Below, in pieces: positions 25,431 to 35,154 of a DNA stretch of 39,223 bases. Each line of letters starts with the position of its first letter. Positions within the stretch are counted from its first letter, which is position 1. A program made the position numbers and the translations under genes. The notes beneath the pieces are model-generated. The model saw only the letters and a list, made by a program, of their open reading frames with translations, made no database searches and was not told the origin of the DNA. Origin of the DNA: Candidatus Nanopelagicales bacterium (GTDB taxonomy: Bacteria > Actinomycetota > Actinomycetes > S36-B12); contig JBMOIL010000002.1 in assembly GCA_049317345.1 (NCBI GenBank), positions 1-39,223 of the forward strand, given 5' to 3'.

Positions 25431-26426
25431 ATGACGGCGATCGTCAACGAGCAGAGCACGGGGCGACCGGTCACGGAGCCCATGGCGACAGGCATGCGCA
25501 CCACGATCGGTGTCTTCGTCGCCGTGCCCCTCCTCGCCGTGGTCCTCGCCATCCCGGTCGCATGGGGCGGCTGGCTCGGCTGGACCGATCTCGTGCTCGC
25601 CTTCGTCTTCTACGTCATCGCCGCGGGGGGCATCACCGTGGGGTTCCACCGCCACTTCACCCACGGCTCCTTCAAGGCGCCGAAATGGGTGTCCGTGGCC
25701 CTCGCCGTGGCGGGGTCTACGGCCGTCCAAGGGTCCCTCGGCCAGTGGGTCGCCGACCACCGCCGGCACCATGCACGAAGTGACGAAGAGGGCGATCCGC
25801 ATAGCCCGTGGCGCTACGGCACATCGCGCCGCGCTGTCGCCAAGGGCCTCGTCTACGCGCACGTGGGCTGGCTTTTTGACGGACAGCAGACATCGATTGA
25901 GCGATACGCACCGGATATCCGAGCAGACGCCGCACTGCAGCGCGTGTCGCGCTACTTCCCCCTGATCGTCCTCTCGACAATCCTGCTTCCCGCCATCCTC
26001 GGCGGCCTCCTCACCTGGTCCTGGCAGGGCGCGCTCACCGCGCTCTTCTGGGCCGGCCTCGTGCGCATCGCCCTCGTGCACCACGTAACGTGGTCGATCA
26101 ACTCCATCTGCCATGTCTTCGGACAGAGACCCTTCCGCACCCGCGATATGGCGACCAACAACCGGTGGCTGGCACTGCCCTCGCTGGGTGAGTCCTGGCA
26201 CAACCTGCATCACGCCGAGCCCACCGCGGCGCGCCACGGGGTGCTGCGCGGCCAGGTCGACATCAGTGCCGGAGTTATTCGCGCAATGGAGCGGATGCGC
26301 CTGGCTCGCGACGTCCGCTGGCCCAACCCTGCCCGTCTGGCGGCCAAGCTGAAGGATCCGGCCCTGCAGCGACGCATCCGAGGCTGGTCCCCCGCTGACG
26401 AGCCTGGCGCGGAAGCCACCCCCTAG
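25431..26426 (+). CDS. Membrane acyl-CoA/acyl-lipid fatty acid desaturase (stearoyl-CoA 9-desaturase-like)
   Basis: Internal ATG at 25431 gives 331 aa with three histidine boxes (HRHFTH, HRRHHARSD, HNLHHAEP) and N-terminal TM helices. Confidence 0.88.
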   Translation: MTAIVNEQSTGRPVTEPMATGMRTTIGVFVAVPLLAVVLAIPVAWGGWLGWTDLVLAFVFYVIAAGGITVGFHRHFTHGSFKAPKWVSVALAVAGSTAVQGSLGQWVADHRRHHARSDEEGDPHSPWRYGTSRRAVAKGLVYAHVGWLFDGQQTSIERYAPDIRADAALQRVSRYFPLIVLSTILLPAILGGLLTWSWQGALTALFWAGLVRIALVHHVTWSINSICHVFGQRPFRTRDMATNNRWLALPSLGESWHNLHHAEPTAARHGVLRGQVDISAGVIRAMERMRLARDVRWPNPARLAAKLKDPALQRRIRGWSPADEPGAEATP

Positions 26427-26449
26427 GCCCGGATCAGGGACGATAAGCC

Positions 26450-27049
26450 ATGCGCATGACCGGCCGGGAACGACGCGAGCAACTCATCGACGTCGGTCGC
26501 ACCCTCTTCGCCGACAAGGGCTTCGAGGCAGTGACGGTCGAGGAGATCGCCTCCACCGCAGGGGTCTCGAAGCCCGTCGTCTACGAGCATTTTGGTGGCA
26601 AGGAGGGTCTCTACGCCGTCGTCGTGGATCGCGAGATGAATCACCTGCTGTCGACGATCAGCGGCGCTCTGCAGGGGACCCATCCGCGCCAGCTCCTCGA
26701 GCAGGCCGGCATGGCCCTCTTCGACTACATCGATGCGCAGCCCGACGGCTTCCGCATCCTCGTCCGTGACTCGCCCGTGTCCCAGCAGACGGGCTCCTTC
26801 GCAAGTCTCATCGTCGACGTCGCGGGCCAGGTCGAGCACCTGCTGGCCGATCAGTTCAAGGCGCACGGCTTCCCCACGCGACTCGCTCCGATGTACTCCC
26901 AGATGCTCGTCGGTATGACGGCGCTCACAGGTCAGTGGTGGCTCGACGTGCGCAAGCCGCGCAAGGATGAGGTCGTCTCCCACCTCGTCAACCTCGCGTG
27001 GAATGGCCTGGCACATCTCGAGGCGAAGCCCCGCTCAGCGCGGCCCTGA
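26450..27049 (+). CDS. TetR/AcrR family transcriptional regulator
   Basis: 199 aa. The N-terminal HTH is RREQLIDVGRTLFADKGFEAVTVEEIASTAGVSKPVVYEHFGGKEGLY. It begins 23 nt downstream of the desaturase stop. Confidence 0.9.
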   Translation: MRMTGRERREQLIDVGRTLFADKGFEAVTVEEIASTAGVSKPVVYEHFGGKEGLYAVVVDREMNHLLSTISGALQGTHPRQLLEQAGMALFDYIDAQPDGFRILVRDSPVSQQTGSFASLIVDVAGQVEHLLADQFKAHGFPTRLAPMYSQMLVGMTALTGQWWLDVRKPRKDEVVSHLVNLAWNGLAHLEAKPRSARP

Positions 27050-27051
27050 CC

Positions 27052-27975
27052 TTAGGCGACGACGCGCGCGCCCGGCACCGGACCGGCAGCGTGACGGACT
27101 CCCCGGACCAGCCCGGTCCCGGCCATCTCCGCGGCCAGGGCGATGGCCGCTTCGCGGCCATCGGCGAGGAAGACGCATGTGGGTCCGCTCCCGGAGACCA
27201 TGCCCACCAGTGCGCCGAGCTCGATGCCTGCGTCGAGGACGCCGCGTAAGGATGGCCGAAGCGCGAGGGCTGCGGGCTGCAGGTCGTTGACCAGGTGGGC
27301 CGCAATGACAGTGGCGTCTCCCTGGCGCAGGGCGCTGAGCAGCGGCACGTCGAGAGCATCGGGATCCTCCACCAGCTGGACCTTCCCCTCGCCGAGAAGC
27401 CGGTCCCACTCGGCGTAGACGCGGGGTGTCGACAACTCCGCGTCGCTGAGGGCCACGACCCAGTGCAACTCCGCCTGGGTGAGCACCGGTGTGAGCATCT
27501 CACCACGGCCGGTACCGCGCGCTGTGCCGCCCATGAGTGAGAACGGAACGTCCGAGCCCAGCTCCGCGGCGATCTCGGCAAGCACCGCGTCGGCGAGGCT
27601 GAGGCCCCAGAGACGTCGTAGTGCGACCAGTGTCGCCGCGGCGTCAGCGCTTCCCCCCGCCATGCCCGCGGCCACGGGGATGGACTTGGCGATGCCGATC
27701 GCCACATCCGGAGCGGCCATGCCAGCACGCCGCGCGAGTGCGAGGGCCGCCTGGGCCGCGATGTTGCCATCACCGCCCGGCACGGATGTCGCGGGCTCCC
27801 CAGTCGTCTCGACGACACGACCCGAGCCCATTGGCCCCGTGCTCACCGTCACCTCATCGGTGAGCGACACAGCGTGGAAGATGGTGGCGATCTCGTGGTA
27901 GCCGTCAGGTCGCAGGGAGCGCACGCGCAGGCTGAGATTGATCTTCGCGGGCGCGACCGCACGGACGGTGACCAC
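27052..27975 (-). CDS. ispE: 4-(cytidine 5'-diphospho)-2-C-methyl-D-erythritol kinase
   Basis: GTG at 27973..27975 gives VVTVRAVAPAKINLSLRV...DGYH, with the GHMP kinase motif PVAAGMAGGSADAAA. The longer track ORF overlaps rsmA. Confidence 0.92.
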   Translation of the reverse strand: MVTVRAVAPAKINLSLRVRSLRPDGYHEIATIFHAVSLTDEVTVSTGPMGSGRVVETTGEPATSVPGGDGNIAAQAALALARRAGMAAPDVAIGIAKSIPVAAGMAGGSADAAATLVALRRLWGLSLADAVLAEIAAELGSDVPFSLMGGTARGTGRGEMLTPVLTQAELHWVVALSDAELSTPRVYAEWDRLLGEGKVQLVEDPDALDVPLLSALRQGDATVIAAHLVNDLQPAALALRPSLRGVLDAGIELGALVGMVSGSGPTCVFLADGREAAIALAAEMAGTGLVRGVRHAAGPVPGARVVA

Positions 27976-28004
27976 ATCCCGACAGTAGTGGGTCGGGGGC
28001 ACCC

Positions 28005-28871
28005 TCAGATCAGGGCGCGCGCGCTCGCGATGCGCGCGAAGGCAGCGACATCGAGGCTCTCGCCTCGCGCCCCGGGATCCACCCCCGCGGCCACGAGAAT
28101 GCCTTCGGCCGCGGCCGCAGATCCTGCCCATCCGGCAAGTGCTGCGCGCAGCGTCTTGCGCCTCTGCGCGAACGCCGCATCGATCACCGCGAAGACCTCC
28201 TGGCGCGACGCCGTCGAGGGCGGTGGCTCGTGGCGCGTGAAGGCCACCAACCCCGACTCGACCCGAGGCATGGGCCAGAACACGCTCGCGGGCACAGCTC
28301 CGGCGCGCTCCGCACGCGCGAACCAGGCGAGCTTCACCGACGGCACGCCGTAGGTCCGACTGCCGGGCGGAGCCACCAGGCGATCCGCCACCTCGGACTG
28401 CACCATGACGAGTCCGCTGCGCAGCGAGCCAAAGGCTTCGAGCAGGTGCAGGACGACAGGGACGGCGACGTTATAGGGCAGGTTAGCCACGAGGGCGTCC
28501 GGAGGCATCGGGAGCACGTCGATGCGCAGGGCGTCGGCACAAATCACCTGCAGGTGGGCGAGCCGGTCGGGTTGCAGTCGCGCCACCGTGTCGGGCAGCG
28601 CCTCGGCCAGGACAGGGTCGATCTCCACCGCGACCACGTGAGTCCCCGCCGCGAGAAGACCAAGGGTGAGACTGCCCAGACCGGGGCCGACCTCGAGCAC
28701 GACATCGTCGTTGCTCACACCCGCGAGGCGGACGATCCGGCGAACGGTGTTGGCATCGACGACGAAGTTCTGGCCCCACTGCTTGGTGGGGCGGATCCCC
28801 CACCGATCGGCGATGCTGCGCACCTCGCCCGCGCCGAGCAGGCTGTCGGGCTGGCCCGACACGTCTACCAC
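28005..28871 (-). CDS. rsmA: 16S rRNA (adenine1518/1519-N6)-dimethyltransferase
   Basis: Contains [10 protein letters not shown] and the SAM motif [12 protein letters not shown], plus NLPYNVAVP. The start is uncertain: GTG at 28871 overlaps the tatD stop by 7 nt, and GTG at 28862 is the alternative. Confidence 0.9.
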   Translation of the reverse strand: MVDVSGQPDSLLGAGEVRSIADRWGIRPTKQWGQNFVVDANTVRRIVRLAGVSNDDVVLEVGPGLGSLTLGLLAAGTHVVAVEIDPVLAEALPDTVARLQPDRLAHLQVICADALRIDVLPMPPDALVANLPYNVAVPVVLHLLEAFGSLRSGLVMVQSEVADRLVAPPGSRTYGVPSVKLAWFARAERAGAVPASVFWPMPRVESGLVAFTRHEPPPSTASRQEVFAVIDAAFAQRRKTLRAALAGWAGSAAAAEGILVAAGVDPGARGESLDVAAFARIASARALI

Positions 28872-29710
28872 TCGCCGAAGGCGCGCATGGCGTTGTCCCA
28901 CAGGTCGGAGCACACCTGTTCGAGCGGCTCCCCGCGCGTATCCGCCATCGCACGCACGGTGAGCGGCACGAGGTAGGACGCGTTGACCGCCCCCCGATGC
29001 GGCACCGGAGTGAGATAGGGCGCATCCGTCTCGACCAACACGCGGTCGCGCGGCAGCACGCGGAGGGCATCCCTCAGCTCACTCGCGTTCTTGTACGTGA
29101 TCACCCCTGCGAAGGAGCAGTACCAGCCGTGCTCCGCGCAGTATCGCGCCATCTCCGCGTCGCCCGAGAAGCAGTGGAAGACGACACGATCCGGTGCACC
29201 CTCCTCCTCGAGGATGCGCAGGATGTCCGCGTGCGCCTCACGGTCATGGATGACAAGCGTGCGATCGAGTCGCTTGGCGATATGGATGTGCCTGCGGAAC
29301 GACTCATGCTGCAGTGCCTGATCTGCAGCCTCGCGGGTGCGGTAGTAGTCAAGGCCCGTCTCACCGACCGCTCGGACTGCCGGGTCGGTCGCGAGTTCCT
29401 CGATTCGCCCGAGGGCGCGATCGAGGCCTTCACGCCCCTGCCGCGCGACGATCCGAGGCACATCGTTGGGATGCAGGGCGACGGCGGCGACGACCTCCGG
29501 GGTCGCGCGAGCCGTCTCCACCGCCCATTCCGACGATGCGACATCGCATCCCACCTGGACGATGCGGGTGATGCCGGCCTCACGTGCCATGGCGAGGGCG
29601 GCATCGGGTGCCGGTGAGTCGCCGAGCTCGCGATCGACGACGTCGAGGTGGCAGTGGGTGTCGACGACCGGGCGGGGCAAGGGCTCGGTGGGACCGGGCC
29701 TCTCCCTCAC
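28865..29710 (-). CDS. tatD: TatD family metal-dependent hydrolase/DNase
   Basis: GTG at 29708..29710 (GTGA overlap with the metG stop) gives ...VVDTHCHLD..., with [21 protein letters not shown] and ETDAPYLTP. Confidence 0.9.
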   Translation of the reverse strand: MRERPGPTEPLPRPVVDTHCHLDVVDRELGDSPAPDAALAMAREAGITRIVQVGCDVASSEWAVETARATPEVVAAVALHPNDVPRIVARQGREGLDRALGRIEELATDPAVRAVGETGLDYYRTREAADQALQHESFRRHIHIAKRLDRTLVIHDREAHADILRILEEEGAPDRVVFHCFSGDAEMARYCAEHGWYCSFAGVITYKNASELRDALRVLPRDRVLVETDAPYLTPVPHRGAVNASYLVPLTVRAMADTRGEPLEQVCSDLWDNAMRAFGEW

Positions 29711-31287
29711 GCGGGCTCCTCCTCCAGTCGGGGGAAGAGCACGGCACCCTTCGACACGCCCGCGCCGGCGGGGAGCTGGCCCCACTCGGCGACGCGGTCG
29801 ATGCGCTGCTCCGCGATCGGCCCGAGGGTGGCGGCTGCCCCGATTTGCTCCCAGAGCAGTCCCATGGACTTGGGCATCACCGGGTTGTAGAGGGTTGCAA
29901 TCGCGCGAAGGGACTCGCAGACGGTGTAGAGAATCGTGTCGAGTCGCGTGCCGAGCGCCTCGTCCTTGGCGACGACCCACGGCTCCTGCTCGGTGACGTA
30001 GAGATTGACGGCATCGATGAAACTCCGCACGGACGTGATGCCCGAGGCGAAGTCCAGGGCGCATACGGCCGCATCGGCATCGGCGACGACCTGGGCGAGG
30101 AGAGCACGCAGGCGATCTTCGGCAGGCGTGGACTCCCCCGAAGCGGGGAGCACCCCCCCGCGATAGCGCTGCACCATGGCCGTCGCCCTCGACGCCAGGT
30201 TGCCCAGGCCATTGGCCAGCTCGGCGGTGTAGCGGGCCGACATGTCCTCCCAGGAGAAAGACCCGTCCTGGCCGAACTGGATGGCGCGCATGAAGTAGTA
30301 GCGGAAGGCATCGGAGCCGAAGTGGTCGACGATCTGCTCGGGAGCGATGCCCGTGAGTCTCGTCTTGCTCATCTTCTCGCCGCCGACGAGGAGCCAGCCG
30401 TGGGCGAAGACCTTGCGCGGCAGCGGCAGTCCGGCGGCCATGAGCATGGCGGGCCAGTAGACAGCGTGGAAGCGCAGGATGTCCTTGCCGACGAGGTGCA
30501 CGTCAGCCGGCCAGGTCCGCGCGAAGAGCTCGGCCTCAGCGGTGCCTTCCGGAGCGCCGTACCCGACTGCGGTGGCGTAGTTGAGGAGGGCGTCGAACCA
30601 GACGTAGACGACCTGGCGCTCGTCCCAGGGCAGTCCGATGCCCCAGGAGACACTGCTCCGGGACATCGAGATGTCGACCAGGCCCTGGCGCAGGAACGAC
30701 ATCACCTCGTTGTAGGCACTCTGCGGCTCGACGGCGGAGGGATCTGCCTCGTAGTGCGCGATCAACGCGTCCGTGAACGCCGAGAGCCGGAAGAACCAGT
30801 TGGTCTCCTTGAGCATCTCCACAGGGCGCTGATGGACGGGGCAGAGCTCGTCGCCCTCGGGACCTGAGACAAGGTCACCCGCCAGCTTGAACTCCTCGCA
30901 TCCCACGCAGTAGGGACCCTCGTAGTCGGCTTCGTAGACGTAGCCGTTGTCACGCACCGTCTCCCAGAAGAGCTGCACGCGCTCCTTGTGCCGCGGCTCG
31001 GTCGTCCTTATGAAGTCGTCGTTCGCCGCATCGATGGTGGCCAGCACGGGTCGCCAGGACTCCTCGACGAGCCGATCCACCCACTGCTGGGGGCTGACTC
31101 CACCGGCCTCGGCGGCGCGCTGCACCTTTGTGCCGTGCTCATCGACACCGGTGAGGTACCACACCTCGTCGCCGCGCTGTCGGCGCCAGCGCGTGAGCAC
31201 ATCCCCTGCCGTCGTCGTGTAGGCATGGCCGATGTGGGGAGCGTCATTGACGTAGTAGATCGGCGTCGTGACGTAATAGGCGGCCAT
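29707..31287 (-). CDS. metG: Methionine--tRNA ligase
   Basis: 526 aa with a HIGH motif (PHIGHAYT) and KMSKT. Confidence 0.97.
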   Translation of the reverse strand: MAAYYVTTPIYYVNDAPHIGHAYTTTAGDVLTRWRRQRGDEVWYLTGVDEHGTKVQRAAEAGGVSPQQWVDRLVEESWRPVLATIDAANDDFIRTTEPRHKERVQLFWETVRDNGYVYEADYEGPYCVGCEEFKLAGDLVSGPEGDELCPVHQRPVEMLKETNWFFRLSAFTDALIAHYEADPSAVEPQSAYNEVMSFLRQGLVDISMSRSSVSWGIGLPWDERQVVYVWFDALLNYATAVGYGAPEGTAEAELFARTWPADVHLVGKDILRFHAVYWPAMLMAAGLPLPRKVFAHGWLLVGGEKMSKTRLTGIAPEQIVDHFGSDAFRYYFMRAIQFGQDGSFSWEDMSARYTAELANGLGNLASRATAMVQRYRGGVLPASGESTPAEDRLRALLAQVVADADAAVCALDFASGITSVRSFIDAVNLYVTEQEPWVVAKDEALGTRLDTILYTVCESLRAIATLYNPVMPKSMGLLWEQIGAAATLGPIAEQRIDRVAEWGQLPAGAGVSKGAVLFPRLEEEPA

Positions 31288-31298
31288 GAGGAGCGATC

Positions 31299-32159
31299 CT
31301 ACTTTCCGAACTGCTGGTTGCTGCTCTTGGCTTGGACCACCGCGTCATAGACATCACGCCGGGATACGCCGCGGTGGCGGGCCACCGATGCGATCGCGGT
31401 GCGGCGATCCACACCCTGGGACTCCCTGTCCGCGACCTCTGCGGCCCAGGACTGCGGATCCCCGCTGCGACCTGGGGACTCAGCGCCTCCGACGACGAGC
31501 GTGATCTCGCCACGCACCTCACCGAGACCATCGCGCAACTCGCCGAGGCTGCCGCGACGTACCTCCTCATAGGTCTTGGTCAACTCACGGCAGATGGCAG
31601 CGGGTCGCTCCGTGCCGAATCCCTCGACCAGTGCCGACATCGCCTCCGCCAGTCGGTGGGGTGCTTCGAAGAAGATCATGGTGCGCCGCTCGTCGATGAG
31701 TTCTTCGATGCGCCGACGTCGCTCCCCCGGCTTGCGCGGCAGGAAGCCTTCGAAGCAGAAGCGATCCACCGGCAGCCCCGACACGGCGAGCGCGGCAAGC
31801 ACGGCACTCGGCCCCGGCAGCACCGTGACCTCGACGCCTGCATCCAGGCACGCACGCACGAGGCGATAGCCGGGGTCGCTCACGAGGGGCATCCCCGCAT
31901 CGCTCACGACCAGGACGCGCTCCCCATGCTGGAGACGATCGACGAGCTTCTTCGCTCGTCCTCCCTCTACGGAGTCGTGAAGGGCGATCACCTCTGCAGA
32001 GATGGTCACGCCGAGGTCGCGAGCGAGACGATGCAACCGGCGCGTGTCCTCTGCGGCGATGACATCCACCGATGCCAGGGCGTCCCTGAGGCGCGCGCTC
32101 GCGTCACCGACGTTGCCGAGGGGGGTAGCCGCGATCATGAGGATGGCGGGCCCGGTCAC
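31299..32159 (-). CDS. rsmI: 16S rRNA (cytidine1402-2'-O)-methyltransferase
   Basis: Contains ATPLGN..D.S.R, AEDTR, SDAGMPLVSDPG and FEAPHR motifs. The start is probably GTG at 32157..32159, with ATG at 32138 as an alternative. The track start at 32222 overlaps the divergent pmt start. Confidence 0.9.
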   Translation of the reverse strand: MTGPAILMIAATPLGNVGDASARLRDALASVDVIAAEDTRRLHRLARDLGVTISAEVIALHDSVEGGRAKKLVDRLQHGERVLVVSDAGMPLVSDPGYRLVRACLDAGVEVTVLPGPSAVLAALAVSGLPVDRFCFEGFLPRKPGERRRRIEELIDERRTMIFFEAPHRLAEAMSALVEGFGTERPAAICRELTKTYEEVRRGSLGELRDGLGEVRGEITLVVGGAESPGRSGDPQSWAAEVADRESQGVDRRTAIASVARHRGVSRRDVYDAVVQAKSSNQQFGK

Positions 32160-32215
32160 ACGACCATCCTCGCAGTCCCTACGACTCCGCCCTGAGGCGT
32201 GCCTAACATGGGGCG

Positions 32216-33799
32216 GTGGCAACGCCCATCGCTCCCGACGCGGAGAGCTCTCCGCCGGGCAGCGATAGCGACTCTGTTGCCACCACGGCCGCGAGCCTCT
32301 TCCCGCCGCTCCCCGCGGGCGGCTGGCTCGGGTGGGCAGGGCCCGTGGCGGCGATGGTCGTCGGCGGGCTCCTGCGATTCGTCAACCTCGGCCGCCCCGA
32401 TGCCTTCGCCTTCGACGAGGTCTACTACGCGAAGGACGCGCTCGCTCTGCTGCGCTACGGCTACGAGCAGCAGTTCGACGACAGCGCCAACGAGCTGATC
32501 CTCGCCTCGGATGGCAACTGGCGGACGATCGAGGTCTTCAAGGACGATCCGTCCTTCGTCGTGCACCCGCCGTTCGGCAAGTGGGTGATTGCGGGAGGCG
32601 AGTGGCTCTTCGGCGTCACACCCTTCGGGTGGCGCTTCGCCGTCGCTGTGCTGGGCACCCTGTCGATCCTCATGGCCGCGCGCATCGCACGCAGGCTCAC
32701 ACGGTCGAACCTCATCGGCACCGTGACAGGACTGCTCGTCGCCCTCGACGGGATGCACCTCGTGACGAGCCGCACCGCAGTTCTCGACATGGTGCTGTCC
32801 TTCACGGTGCTCGCAGCCTTCGGCTGCCTGCTCCTGGACCGCGATCAAGTGCGACGAAGACTCACCGCCCATCCACCCGGACGCGAAGGCCCATGGGGTC
32901 CCGCACTCGGTGCCCGCCCGTGGCGCTGGGCCGCGGGCCTCGCACTGGGGCTCGGCATTGCGGTCAAGTGGTCCGGGTTGTGGTACCTCGCTGCCTTCGG
33001 CCTGCTCACCGTCTTCTGGGACATATCCCTGCGTCGCCGCCTGGGCGTGGTTCAGCCGTGGACCGTGACCCTGATACGCAGCGCCCCCATCGCCTTCATC
33101 GCCATGGTGGGCACGGCTGCCGTGACCTACGTCGCCACATGGTCCGGATGGCTCCTCACCGACGGGGGGTGGGGTCGGCAGTGGGCAGACGGCACACCGT
33201 CGGTGATCCCGGCAGCGCTGAGATCGCTGTGGCACTACCACGCGGAGGCATGGCAGTTCCATGTCGGACTGACAGGCGATCACTCCTACCAGTCGAACCC
33301 GCTGAGTTGGTTCGTCCAGACCAGACCGACGTCGTTCTACTGGTCGAGCCTGCAGAACGGCGAGTCGGGATGCGCCGCGGAGTCCTGCGCCGCAGAAGTC
33401 CTCGCGGTCGGCAATCCGCTCATCTGGTGGATCGGCTCCATCGCGCTGCTCTACCTCGTGTGGCGTTGGATCACGCGCAGGGACTGGCGGGCCGGAGCGG
33501 TCCTCCTGGCGGTGCTCGCGGGCTGGGTGCCGTGGCTGCTCTACCTCGACCGGACCATCTTCTCGTTCTACTCCGTCGTCTTCCTGCCCTACCTCGCGAT
33601 GGCGTTGGCCATGATGATCGGAGCACTCATCGGCCCGCCCGACGCGAGTCGCGATCGCCGCCGCGTGGGCACCTGGGTGGCAGCGAGCATCCTCGTCTTG
33701 ATCGTGATCGCGACGTGGTGGTTCTATCCGATCTGGACCGCGGAGGTCCTCCCCTACGAGCAGTGGACCTGGCGCATGTGGATGCCCACCTGGGTCTGA
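32216..33799 (+). CDS. pmt: Dolichyl/polyprenyl-phosphate-mannose--protein O-mannosyltransferase (PMT family)
   Basis: 527 aa, polytopic. Has an N-terminal FDEVYYAKDA (DE motif) and HPPFGKW, with many TM helices. It is divergent from rsmI, as in mycobacteria. Confidence 0.9.
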   Translation: MATPIAPDAESSPPGSDSDSVATTAASLFPPLPAGGWLGWAGPVAAMVVGGLLRFVNLGRPDAFAFDEVYYAKDALALLRYGYEQQFDDSANELILASDGNWRTIEVFKDDPSFVVHPPFGKWVIAGGEWLFGVTPFGWRFAVAVLGTLSILMAARIARRLTRSNLIGTVTGLLVALDGMHLVTSRTAVLDMVLSFTVLAAFGCLLLDRDQVRRRLTAHPPGREGPWGPALGARPWRWAAGLALGLGIAVKWSGLWYLAAFGLLTVFWDISLRRRLGVVQPWTVTLIRSAPIAFIAMVGTAAVTYVATWSGWLLTDGGWGRQWADGTPSVIPAALRSLWHYHAEAWQFHVGLTGDHSYQSNPLSWFVQTRPTSFYWSSLQNGESGCAAESCAAEVLAVGNPLIWWIGSIALLYLVWRWITRRDWRAGAVLLAVLAGWVPWLLYLDRTIFSFYSVVFLPYLAMALAMMIGALIGPPDASRDRRRVGTWVAASILVLIVIATWWFYPIWTAEVLPYEQWTWRMWMPTWV

Positions 33800-33803
33800 T
33801 CCC

Positions 33804-34301
33804 TCAGCGCTCCGGGCACCAGTCGCCCGCGTTCTCCGGCATGAGGCACGCGCCGTACGTCACCACCGTCTTGCCGAGGGTGCGGGTCGTCCCATCGGGC
33901 AGCACGACATCACCGCGAGGCATCGTCAGCCGCAGCCGGGTGGGAGCCATCTCGGCGAGCAATGCGCCGGGGACGGTGACCACAGTCCGGTAGGGATAGG
34001 AATCGGAACATCCCTTGCTCCCGCGCACGTTGACGGTGATCTGGGGATTGGCCACCCACCCAGCGTCGGTCTTCTGTCGGACGTAGGTGCGTGTCGGTGC
34101 CGGGTACTTCCAGCATTCGACGATCGAGAGCGACTCGACGACCTCGACCGGCTCCTCGCACGTGTAGGTGGCAGAGAACTCGCGATCGATCCAGTGACAT
34201 GCCGCGACAGGTCCCTCCGCGCGAGCAGGCACCGCAGCGAGCACGCCGCCGGCCATGAGCGCGGCTGCGACCACACCGACCGAGAGGGACTTTCCGGACA
34301 T
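33804..34301 (-). CDS. Secreted cysteine-rich hypothetical protein
   Basis: Internal ATG at 34299..34301 is preceded by GAAGGAGGAG and gives MSGKSLSVGVVAAALMAGGVLAAVPARA, a signal peptide. The mature part is about 137 aa with 6 Cys. The longer track ORF runs across tRNA-Ala. Confidence 0.7.
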   Translation of the reverse strand: MSGKSLSVGVVAAALMAGGVLAAVPARAEGPVAACHWIDREFSATYTCEEPVEVVESLSIVECWKYPAPTRTYVRQKTDAGWVANPQITVNVRGSKGCSDSYPYRTVVTVPGALLAEMAPTRLRLTMPRGDVVLPDGTTRTLGKTVVTYGACLMPENAGDWCPER

Positions 34302-34414
34302 GACTCCTCCTTCGCCCCCACACGTTAGGGCGGCGGCGGGCGGGAGTCGCGGTGATCGACACGGCGCGGCACGCGGCGCTGCGGAAATTCCCAGGAAGCG
34401 CCTCGGGAACGAGG

Positions 34415-34426
34415 GCCCCGAAGGGC
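34415..34426 (-). terminator. UUCG-capped stem-loop 14 nt downstream of tRNA-Ala
   Basis: The minus strand reads GCCC-TTCG-GGGC, identical to the 12-mer after tRNA-Gln. It is followed by a second small hairpin, CCTCG-ttcc-CGAGG (34401..34414). Confidence 0.35.
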
Positions 34427-34440
34427 GATTCAACGGTGTG

Positions 34441-34514
34441 TGGAGCTGAGGGGATTTGAACCCCTGACCCCCTCGATGCGAACGAGGTGCGCTACCGGAC
34501 TGCGCTACAGCCCC
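34441..34514 (-). tRNA. tRNA-Ala (anticodon CGC)
   Basis: Hand fold of the minus strand:
- acceptor GGGGCTG/CAGCTCC with the G3-U70 Ala identity pair
- D arm GCGC-AGTCCGGTA-GCGC
- anticodon stem CCTCG/CGAGG with loop TTCGCAT
- T arm AGGGG-TTCAAAT-CCCCT
- discriminator A. Confidence 0.92.
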
Positions 34515-34516
34515 GG

Positions 34517-34551
34517 GGGGCCGAGGCCCCGTCGGCCGAGGTCGCCCTCGG
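34517..34551 (-). terminator. Two GC-rich hairpins between the membrane-protein gene and tRNA-Ala
   Basis: GGGGC-cgag-GCCCC at 34517..34530 and CCGAGG-tcgc-CCTCGG at 34536..34551. There is no U-tract. Confidence 0.3.
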
Positions 34552-34584
34552 ACAGGGCGTGACACTACACCAGCGGGTTGCGCG

Positions 34585-35085
34585 TCACGCGGTCTGGTCG
34601 AAGACCTCTTCCCATGCGGGAGGCGACACGCGAGCGCGCGCTATCGGCACCTCCGCCTGCGTGTGCGCGGGAATGTCGCGAGCAGATCGATCGGATCGCT
34701 CGGCACGCCGCGCGCGACGCCGCTCATCGAGAGCGCGCTCCGCGGACACACGCGCTGAACGACGCTCGGCAAGCACGGCAACGGGAAGGTAGGCGAGCAG
34801 GGGGAGCCACAGGAGGATGGTGATGATGCCGGGCAGGAGTCCCGCGACCCAGCCGGTGGTGGCCAGGGCGCCCACAGTGGCAGTGGCAGCCACGATGATG
34901 CGGCGACGTCGCGCCGCTGCGCCCTGGGCGACATCAGCGTCATCCGCGATGCGCGCAAGGGTGCCCATCGCGACCCGGTGACGCTCGATGCGCCTCGCCT
35001 GGTCGTCATCGTGGCGGCGTAGCCACATCGGGATGAGGACGGCAGCCCACAGGGCGACGATCGCCACATAGATCAAACCCGTCAC
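34585..35085 (-). CDS. Hypothetical membrane protein
   Basis: 166 aa with an N-terminal TM helix (LIYVAIVALWAAVLIPMWL) and two further hydrophobic helices, then an Arg-rich C-terminal region. Confidence 0.7.
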   Translation of the reverse strand: MTGLIYVAIVALWAAVLIPMWLRRHDDDQARRIERHRVAMGTLARIADDADVAQGAAARRRRIIVAATATVGALATTGWVAGLLPGIITILLWLPLLAYLPVAVLAERRSARVSAERALDERRRARRAERSDRSARDIPAHTQAEVPIARARVSPPAWEEVFDQTA

Positions 35086-35154
35086 ATCAATGAACGTTAG
35101 GTGTCCCGGCCCCTGGAATGGGGGACCTCGCCGCTCGGCAGCCCCCGTGTCGCG

